From the NCBI GenBank assembly GCA_037381445.1, contig JARRQT010000192.1:1-10110 (forward strand): a stretch of DNA of 10,110 nucleotides. Reading direction: 5' to 3'. Made by a program: the position numbers and the translations under genes. This DNA is from Calditrichia bacterium. Its GTDB lineage: Bacteria; Calditrichota; Calditrichia; RBG-13-44-9. The notes beneath the pieces were generated by a model. The model was not told the origin of the DNA, made no database searches, and saw only the letters and a program-made list of their open reading frames with translations. Shown piece after piece: positions 1-6,353 of this stretch. Position 1 is the stretch's first letter; every line of letters starts with the position of its first letter.

Positions 1-613
1 AACCCCAAGCATCGCCTTCGCTGAAGGGATTACCTGGCCCGAATGGAAATATTTGGTGCATACCACCAGAATTTATTCCGTCGCCGATTTTCTGGATGAT
101 CCGCTGGATCCCCGCCATGGATACAAGGGTCAGTTCGATTATGAAAAAACGCTGGACATGCTCGATCAGCAGGACAGTTTTGACAAACTTTATTTGAAGC
201 AGAGCTTTTATGGACAGATATTTCCGAAAACAACCACCGGCATGCATCTCTTTCTGGGATTGGGAAGGAATTTGCCGGTTTACCGGTATTTTTATCTGGG
301 AGGGCCGGACAGTTTTGTCGGCATGAATTATGACGAATTTTTCGGACCGAATGTCGCAATATACGGCATTGACAACAAAATACGACTGAACAACAGATTT
401 TCACTGCTGGCGATTTTCAATGGCGGAAATCTGTGGGACGATTACCAGAATTTCGATCTGACAAAAAACAGATACACCGGCTACGGAGGAGGAATTCAGA
501 TCAATACCATCGCCGGCCCTTTCCGGTTCATCATCGGGCACAGCGGCGGAATAACCTATCAGTATTTTACCCTGGGTTTCAGCTTGTCCACCCGTATGGA
601 TGAGCGCTATTAG
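1..613 (+). CDS. C-terminal part (5'-truncated by the window) of an Omp85/BamA-TamA family outer-membrane beta-barrel protein, plausibly a patatin-POTRA-barrel (PlpD-like) protein
   Basis: The frame is open from position 2 (TPSIAFAEGITWPEWKYLVHTT...) to TAG at 611-613, so the TTG start at 53 is not the true start. Omp85-type motifs: DFLDDPLDPRHG, FYLGGPDSFVG (loop-6-like), GYGGGIQINTIAGPFRF and terminal strand YQYFTLGF. Alternating amphipathic strands. Confidence 0.75.
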   Translation, partial: TPSIAFAEGITWPEWKYLVHTTRIYSVADFLDDPLDPRHGYKGQFDYEKTLDMLDQQDSFDKLYLKQSFYGQIFPKTTTGMHLFLGLGRNLPVYRYFYLGGPDSFVGMNYDEFFGPNVAIYGIDNKIRLNNRFSLLAIFNGGNLWDDYQNFDLTKNRYTGYGGGIQINTIAGPFRFIIGHSGGITYQYFTLGFSLSTRMDERY

Positions 614-655
614 GCGGGCTGTCTGTTTCAAAAATGCATTTTCAATATCTGTGGG

Positions 656-1618
656 TTACCAATCACCCTGCGGACCGCCATAAGCGCCCATATCATTCCG
701 CGTCCCATCGGCATCCTGAAAAGCGGCGTCCGGATTCCCGGCATCAATACACGGAGAACCAGGCAAAAGGTGAAGATCCTTTTCCGATCTGAACCGGGGA
801 CTCATATCCCCGAATGCAAGAAAATTGTAATCCCTTGCACAATGCGAAGAATCTCCCATTGCCAGTGTAATCCCGGGATTGCCAGTGTTTGCGGAATTTC
901 CATAGAAAATGTTGTTCTGCACTTCACCGCCGGCAGGATTCAGAACAACAAGCCCGCCGCCGTAATTTTCACAGCGGTTGTTATAAAATGTATTGTTCAC
1001 TATGTCCGCAGAGGATTCTGTTGAAAGCAACGCTCCGCCGATACTGACTGCTGTGTTGCCCTCAAAAATGGAGTTGGCAATTGTGGCTTCTGAATGCTGA
1101 AGTATCAATCCGCCGCCATTAACGGCAGCATTATTTCTGAAAATGCAGTTTTGCACGGTCAGGGAAGAACTTTCCACATTAACGGCGCCGGCATCCTCAG
1201 TTGACATATCCTGCCAATCCGCATTCTCAACGATGCAGAATTGCAGGAGCGAGTTCCGGCGGGAGCCTACAAATTTGATCCCCCTCCAGTGCTCATCCGG
1301 CCCTGTGAAGGTAATCATATTGTCCGGCTGCCCTTCAGCAACCAATTCTCCGCGGACTTCCAGTCTGGCGCTGTCAGCAAAGACCAGTTTAACACCAGCT
1401 TCGATGGTCAGTGTTTTATCGGATTCGACCAGCAAATCCCCGGTGACATAGTAAGGAGAATGTATTGCCGAGAGCGTGCCGAATATACTGCCTGAAATGA
1501 GTGTGGATGATTCCGTTGAGAGTGTTCCGGGAGATGTGACGCCCGGATTTTTTTCCCGATCGCTGCAATGAAAACACAGTAGGGAAAGTGATAATAAAAA
1601 AACAATTCTGTAAAACAT
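656..1618 (-). CDS. Right-handed parallel beta-helix repeat protein (pectin-lyase-like fold), probable lipoprotein
   Basis: 320 aa. N-terminal hydrophobic signal ending in Cys (MFYRIVFLLSLSLLCFHC) followed by an S/T/P/G-rich linker. Contains SPYYVTGDLLV..LTIEAGV, repeated NCIFRNN/NSIFEGN/NNTFYNN..GGG beta-helix turns, and a C-terminal LHLLPGSPCIDAG...DMGAYGG motif common in this class. Confidence 0.8.
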   Translation of the reverse strand: MFYRIVFLLSLSLLCFHCSDREKNPGVTSPGTLSTESSTLISGSIFGTLSAIHSPYYVTGDLLVESDKTLTIEAGVKLVFADSARLEVRGELVAEGQPDNMITFTGPDEHWRGIKFVGSRRNSLLQFCIVENADWQDMSTEDAGAVNVESSSLTVQNCIFRNNAAVNGGGLILQHSEATIANSIFEGNTAVSIGGALLSTESSADIVNNTFYNNRCENYGGGLVVLNPAGGEVQNNIFYGNSANTGNPGITLAMGDSSHCARDYNFLAFGDMSPRFRSEKDLHLLPGSPCIDAGNPDAAFQDADGTRNDMGAYGGPQGDW

Positions 1619-1733
1619 CGCAAACGTTCCGCAAAAGCCCCGAAGGATAAGCTTCCGCTTATGCCCCGAAGCAGGTTAACCATTAAACATGGCAGCAGCG
1701 CAAATATCCGTATATTTCAAATCAAGACGAATG

Positions 1734-2510
1734 TCAAATTTGTCTTTCCTCAGGACCGTCATATTCTGCTTTAGCAAAATCAATCTTCCGCATTGGTTTG
1801 TACCGATTTTTTTCCTCAAAGATATGCGCCACCAATCCGGGCAAGCGGGCCATAATAAAAAATGCATTCGCCAGTTCACTGGGAATGTTCAGCTCGCACA
1901 GTACCGCGGCAATCGCCCCGTCCACGTTGATGGGCAGGTCCTTTCCCCCTATTTTTAGAAGCGCACTCTGGATGGCCTTGCTCATTTCAATAAATTTTCC
2001 GGAAATGCCGTGCTCTTTGGCCAAGGCAAAAAGCTTTGTTGTGCGGGGATCATTGGTATGGACCCTGTGACCATAGCCCATGATTTTTTGCCTATTATCG
2101 AGATATTGCCGGACCAGTTTCTCGGCAGCTTGCTCCACATGGAGTTTTTCCCGGTTCATTAAATCCACGCCCTCTATCAGGGTCTGCATGCTTTTTTCGA
2201 TCGCCCCGCCGTGATATTCATTAATCGACAAAATCCCGGCCGAAATCGCGGCGTTCAACGGCGCACCGGTGCTGGCGGAAGTAATTGCCGCCTGGCAGGA
2301 TGGCGGCGTCACGCCGTGATCGACGCTGGAAACCAGCACCGCCTCCAGAATTTTGCCTACGTTCCGGGTGGGCAGCTCGCCGGTGATAAGCAGATAGATC
2401 ATTTGGGGATAAGAGAAATTCCCCATCAGTTGATCCAGCATATAACCGCGGACCACTATTTTGTTGGGCTCGATTTTGGTTATGGCAGTTTTCCAGGAAT
2501 CTGAGGTCAT
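1734..2510 (-). CDS. ccl: Citryl-CoA lyase (short citrate-synthase-family protein)
   Basis: 258 aa, much shorter than citrate synthase. N-terminal WKTAIT..I.VRGY, then GELP, VDHG..PPS, HGGA, GYGHRVH, DPR, LPINVDG and MAR..GLVAH..EE. Size and motifs match stand-alone CCL and the C-terminal module of ATP-citrate lyase. SD-like GGAGA at 2518-2522. Confidence 0.88.
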   Translation of the reverse strand: MTSDSWKTAITKIEPNKIVVRGYMLDQLMGNFSYPQMIYLLITGELPTRNVGKILEAVLVSSVDHGVTPPSCQAAITSASTGAPLNAAISAGILSINEYHGGAIEKSMQTLIEGVDLMNREKLHVEQAAEKLVRQYLDNRQKIMGYGHRVHTNDPRTTKLFALAKEHGISGKFIEMSKAIQSALLKIGGKDLPINVDGAIAAVLCELNIPSELANAFFIMARLPGLVAHIFEEKNRYKPMRKIDFAKAEYDGPEERQI

Positions 2511-2536
2511 AGCCTTATCTCCGTTTTTGGAATAGT

Positions 2537-3439
2537 TTAATTTAATTTTTTCAAAACTTCAAGCGTCACTTTGGGAATATCCTGAAATTCTTCCACTACA
2601 TGTGCACCCACCTCCCGCAATCTGTTTACTTTCCCCTCATAGGTGCCGCGGTTTCCTTCAATAATAGCGCCGGCGTGTGAAAACCGGGTTCCTTTTTGCG
2701 CAGCGCGCCCGCCGATATAGGCGACCAGCGGCTTTGTGACGATACCTTTTTCGATCAGATCGGCCACGCTTTCTTCCTGGGAAGTGCCGATTTCTCCGAA
2801 CATGACAACCACTTTGGTGTCCGGGTCTTCCTGGAACAATTTAACGATTTCCGGATGGGGAAGCCCCACTATGGCGTCTCCTCCCACATGGACGATGCTG
2901 CTGAGACCGACACCCTGCTTACTCAGATAATATGCCAGGGAAGAGGTCATGCCGCCGGAACGGGATGTCACCCCCACCGGGCCTGGCCGGAACCACTCCC
3001 GAGCAGACTTTGCGCGGCCTCCCATCATTCCCAGCACGCCTTTCCCGGGACTCAGAAGTCCAAGCGTATTGGGGCCGACAAAACCGGCGCCCAACTTTTT
3101 CGCATAATGGTGCACCTCCAGCACATCGTAAATGGGTACACGGTCCGGCACCAGCACCGCCAGTTTTATGCCCGCATCGAACGCTTCCAGCGCGGCATTC
3201 TTTACCAGCGGGGCGGGCACGAAAATGACCGACACATCAATGGGACCCAATTTTTCCAGCGCTTCTTCCACAGTATCGAAAACCGGCAGACCGTAGACAT
3301 CCTGCCCGCCTCTTCCGGGCGTCACGCCGCCCAATACCCTGGTTCCGTAATCCATCATCAATTTGGTGCGGGTCATTCCTTCCCGACCCGTAATGCCCTG
3401 CACGATTACTTTTTTATTTTCATCAATTAATATCGCCAT
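2537..3439 (-). CDS. Succinyl-CoA-synthetase-alpha-like CoA-ligase subunit (SucD-like; probable citryl-CoA synthetase small subunit)
   Basis: 300 aa. CoA-binding Rossmann VIVQGITGREG, GGVTPG, SVIFVPAP, GPNTLG, SRSGGM, VGGD, GEIG and phospho-His motif RFSHAGA. SD AGGAG at 3446-3450. Confidence 0.88.
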   Translation of the reverse strand: MAILIDENKKVIVQGITGREGMTRTKLMMDYGTRVLGGVTPGRGGQDVYGLPVFDTVEEALEKLGPIDVSVIFVPAPLVKNAALEAFDAGIKLAVLVPDRVPIYDVLEVHHYAKKLGAGFVGPNTLGLLSPGKGVLGMMGGRAKSAREWFRPGPVGVTSRSGGMTSSLAYYLSKQGVGLSSIVHVGGDAIVGLPHPEIVKLFQEDPDTKVVVMFGEIGTSQEESVADLIEKGIVTKPLVAYIGGRAAQKGTRFSHAGAIIEGNRGTYEGKVNRLREVGAHVVEEFQDIPKVTLEVLKKLN

Positions 3440-3459
3440 GATTCTCTCCTTTCACCTGA

Positions 3460-4701
3460 TTACGCTTTCGAATGACCAATTTTTTCCCGGTATCCATCAA
3501 GGCCTTCAATGGGAAGACTGACATGACCGCCTTTGTTGCCATGGAACCAACATTCAACTTCGCAGGCCAGACATTCGGTGCATTTTCCTTTTTTGGCCTC
3601 CTCCCGCGTAATATTCAAAACCGGTTTTCCTTCTTCCAGCTTCAGAATCTGCGGGACGCATTTGGAAACACACACCTTGCTCTCGCATTTCAGGCACAGA
3701 TCGTGGTCATACGTAATCTCACCGGTCAGCGTATCAAATGAATAAAGGTTTTTGGAAAACTCCGGGATCCGGGGCCTGGGGATATCCTTTATTTTCGAAT
3801 TTTTCACCAGCGTATCGAACCGTTCGGCACAAAATTCCACCGAATCATCTTTTTTGTATCCTTCCACCGGCGCGGGCAGGTCTTTGGTGTATTCGGTCAG
3901 AATCCGGACCGCCAAGTCTTCTGAATTTCCGCCCAGGCGAATGACTACGGGGATGTCGACCCATTCTTCCCGAAACGCCTTTACCAGACCGCGGGCGGAA
4001 TGAAACTGTTCCTGTGAAGCCACACCGGAGCCGGACCCGAAATAGCCGATGATATTTTTCTGTGATAGAATAATTTTTGCGGCGCGGTACACCTTTGAAG
4101 CGGGCGGATTTCCCGAGGTGTCGCAGAAATTGGCGATTTTGTATCCCTTCCGCTGCACCGCATCCATGCTCATCATGGAACCGCCGCCGCCAGCCCCGTG
4201 GAATCCCACATATTCATCCGCTTTGCCGAATCCATGCGCCATTTGTATAAAATAAAATGTCCCGCGGTAATCATTCTTCTCCACATCGTAGGCAATTCTG
4301 TCCAACTCGCTGGGCGGACGATTCAGCTCCCTGGCAATTTTGATTCCCAGCTCCGGATGACGGTATACGGCATAGTCATCCACGGTAATCCGGCAATCGG
4401 CAGCCAGAAATTCACCGCTTTTGGTTCTGACAATGGGATTGATTTCCGCAGAGCGGGCATCATATTTCCGGGCGGTCTCCCAAAGGTTCACCATCATGTC
4501 CGCAATTTTTACCAGTCCCTTCCCCTGGATGCCTGCTTTGCGCAGCATGTTGCGCGCCTGGTAATCTCTGAATCCTTCCACAATATCAATGGTATGGAAA
4601 CTGACTTTGTCGGGATGCTCTTTTACGATTTCCTCCACGCCGGTGCCGCCAATGGCGCTGAAAATGAGCACCGGGGCCGCTTCACCGTCGCTGATAATCG
4701 T
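3460..4701 (-). CDS. Main (C-terminal) fragment of the SCS-beta-like subunit: remainder of the ATP-grasp, ligase domain and dicluster ferredoxin domain
   Basis: GGTGVEE, EINP, ADCR, GAGGGGS, NFCDTSGNP and VIRLGG, followed by CLKCESKVCVSKC and CTECLACEVEC. The ORF track starts it at GTG 4671, but homology extends about 10 codons further upstream. Confidence 0.8.
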   Translation of the reverse strand, partial: TIISDGEAAPVLIFSAIGGTGVEEIVKEHPDKVSFHTIDIVEGFRDYQARNMLRKAGIQGKGLVKIADMMVNLWETARKYDARSAEINPIVRTKSGEFLAADCRITVDDYAVYRHPELGIKIARELNRPPSELDRIAYDVEKNDYRGTFYFIQMAHGFGKADEYVGFHGAGGGGSMMSMDAVQRKGYKIANFCDTSGNPPASKVYRAAKIILSQKNIIGYFGSGSGVASQEQFHSARGLVKAFREEWVDIPVVIRLGGNSEDLAVRILTEYTKDLPAPVEGYKKDDSVEFCAERFDTLVKNSKIKDIPRPRIPEFSKNLYSFDTLTGEITYDHDLCLKCESKVCVSKCVPQILKLEEGKPVLNITREEAKKGKCTECLACEVECWFHGNKGGHVSLPIEGLDGYREKIGHSKA

Positions 4702-4945
4702 TTACCTCGCGGCCAAACAGCTCACCAGCTTTTTCTTCGGCTTCTTCAGGATTAGCGGCAAACTGGATCAGTCCCTGGCTGAAACGGCCGGTGGTCCAGG
4801 TTTGGGCTTTCAGAACTACTTCGGTGCCGAATTCTTCGGCGATCTTCCAGACTTCCTGCGGTGAGGAAGCGACACGTCCCTCCGGAACGGGAATTCCGCT
4901 TTCCTTTAAAAGTGCTTTCCCCTGATATTCGTGTAATCGTGCCAT
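4682..4945 (-). CDS. N-terminal fragment of the SCS-beta-like ATP-grasp subunit
   Basis: MARLHEYQGKALLKESGIPVPEGRVA...VVLKAQ...GR...EEAEEKAGELFG is the typical SucC/ACL-type ATP-grasp N-terminus. Good SD. The last ~6 codons (NDYQRR) are out-of-frame read-through past the junction. Confidence 0.8.
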   Translation of the reverse strand: MARLHEYQGKALLKESGIPVPEGRVASSPQEVWKIAEEFGTEVVLKAQTWTTGRFSQGLIQFAANPEEAEEKAGELFGREVNDYQRR

Positions 4946-5275
4946 GACAACTCCTGTGGATTTGACTTCTCTATTTTATATTATCAAAATCATTCACTGC
5001 GCCGTCCGGGTAATGGAACGTATCGGAACAAAATGAAGGACAAGCGGCAATTTTGAACCGATGGAATTTTGGGTTTCATCATATTTCTATCGCCAAAGTG
5101 GTCAGCAAATTAAAATTGTAACAAGACAACACGCAATAGAAATTTTATTTTGGATCTTGCCAGAACTGTTCTCCCAAAATACCAATCAGATTCCGGCAGC
5201 CTTCGATCAATCAAATCATCAAATTCCCGTAAATCGGGGAACCAGAAAATTTCCTGAAGTTATCAAATTTTAGGC

Positions 5276-5303
5276 TTGAATTGGAGGATTTTGCTGATAA
5301 ATT
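5276..5303 (+). promoter_or_regulatory. Putative sigma70-type promoter for lplA
   Basis: TTGAAT (5276-5281), 16-nt spacer, TAAATT (5298-5303) with extended -10 TGn, about 60 nt upstream of the ATG at 5364. Confidence 0.4.
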
Positions 5304-5363
5304 ATGCAGTTGCTTCTGGAAGAATAGCGCTGATTAACAATTGCTCAAAAAAGGAAAAAACAA

Positions 5364-6353
5364 ATGCTATTTATTGACAACCGGGATGTTACCGATCCGC
5401 GAATGAACCTGGCGCTGGAGGAATTCGCGCTGCGGAATTTGAGAACAGATGAGGACTGCCTTCTTTTTTACATCAATGAACCATCCGTGATTATCGGCAG
5501 ACACCAGAACACGCTGGAAGAAATCAACCTGGATTACATCAAGGCTCATTCCATCCAGGTGGTGCGGCGGATTTCCGGCGGCGGGGCGGTTTATCATGAT
5601 TTGGGAAATCTCAATTTCAGTTTTATCACCCGCTTTGATAAAACCCATTTCAATAATTATACAAAATTCACCGCACCTGTGATAAGAGCCCTGAACAAAC
5701 TGGGCGTTCCCGCCGAATTAAACGGCCGGAACGATATTGTCGCGGGCGAACGAAAAATCTCGGGCAACGCACAGTTCACTTCCAAAAACCGCATGTTCAG
5801 CCACGGCACTCTGCTTTTCGATTCCAACCTGGAAGACGTGGTCGCCTCGCTTAAAGTGAAGAAGGGGAAATTCGAATCCAAGGGCATAAAATCGGTACGT
5901 AGCCGGGTGGCTAACATTACCGAGTTTTTGGATAAAAAAATTGACATCCTGGAGTTCAGGCAGGTTCTTCTCGAAAACATTTTTGAGGGAACGCAGGACA
6001 TCCCGCGTTACAATTTCTCGGATGTTGAGCTGCAGCAAATAGAAAGCCTGGCAAAAACCAAATACGGGAGCTGGGACTGGAATTTCGGGGAATCGCCCAA
6101 GTTCAACGTCAAGAATGCCCATCGTTTTCCGTTCGGTGAAATTGAAGTCCGGATACTGGTGGACAAAGGACTCATTCAAAACATTAAATTTTACGGGGAT
6201 TTTTTTGCGCAGCGCGATATCGGGGAGCTGGAAATACTTCTCACCAATATCCGCTATGAGAGAGAAGATATTGATGAGGCAATCCGGAACAGCGACTTAA
6301 CCCAGTATTTTGGTCTGATTACGCCGTCGGAATTTCTCGATCTGCTTTATTGA
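5364..6353 (+). CDS. lplA: Lipoate-protein ligase A (LplA/LplJ type, with C-terminal domain)
   Basis: 329 aa. NLALEE, N.PSVIIGRHQN, RRISGGGAVYHDLGNLNFS, GRND, KISGNAQ, HGTLLFD, SKGIKSVRSRVANI, SWDWNFGESPKF and FYGDFF. SD-like AAGGA at 5351-5355. Confidence 0.95.
   Translation: MLFIDNRDVTDPRMNLALEEFALRNLRTDEDCLLFYINEPSVIIGRHQNTLEEINLDYIKAHSIQVVRRISGGGAVYHDLGNLNFSFITRFDKTHFNNYTKFTAPVIRALNKLGVPAELNGRNDIVAGERKISGNAQFTSKNRMFSHGTLLFDSNLEDVVASLKVKKGKFESKGIKSVRSRVANITEFLDKKIDILEFRQVLLENIFEGTQDIPRYNFSDVELQQIESLAKTKYGSWDWNFGESPKFNVKNAHRFPFGEIEVRILVDKGLIQNIKFYGDFFAQRDIGELEILLTNIRYEREDIDEAIRNSDLTQYFGLITPSEFLDLLY

Larger units (their letters stand above)
3460..4945 (-). pseudogene. Succinyl-CoA-synthetase-beta-like ATP-grasp subunit (probable citryl-CoA synthetase large subunit) with C-terminal 2x[4Fe-4S] ferredoxin domain; reading frame disrupted at ~4702
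   Basis: 4945-4682 encodes the beta-subunit N-terminus (LHEYQGK.LL..GIPVP.G, VVLKAQ, GR). A different frame opening after TAA at 4704-4702 continues TIISDGEAAPVLIFSAIGGTGVEE...EINPI...AADCR to the stop at 3460. The conserved V.VEE...E.Y segment expected between the two parts is absent. SD AGGAG at 4951-4955. Confidence 0.65.

Noticed and set aside
631..642. Palindrome AAAATGCATTTT between convergent genes as a terminator
   Set aside because: Short AT-rich stem, too weak to call.
1620..1680. c-di-GMP-I riboswitch-like GCAAA...GCAAAAGCC on the plus strand
   Set aside because: The spacing is too short for the P2 stem, and it is on the opposite strand from the adjacent genes.
1734..2510. Citrate synthase (gltA) or methylcitrate synthase
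   Set aside because: At 258 aa it is far shorter than these enzymes, and its N-terminus (WKTAIT...RGY) matches the citryl-CoA lyase type.
2696..3430. 244-aa plus-strand ORF, and similar ORFs at 4198-4755, 6350-7159, 9166-9633 and 5718-6179
   Set aside because: These are antisense shadows of well-supported genes, with no motifs or SD.
4675..4705. Programmed +1 frameshift or selenocysteine read-through at TGA 4684-4682
   Set aside because: The downstream homology is in a different frame, so read-through would not restore it. There is no recognisable slippery site, and a conserved segment is missing, so a deletion fits better.
2537..4945. Calling the pair canonical sucCD
   Set aside because: It lacks the SCS signatures NGAGLAM, FGGI and SRSGTL, carries a ferredoxin fusion and is linked to a citryl-CoA lyase.
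5061..5273. 70-aa ORF in the divergent intergenic region
   Set aside because: No SD, no recognisable motif, and AT-rich composition unlike neighbouring genes. A small peptide cannot be excluded but is unsupported.
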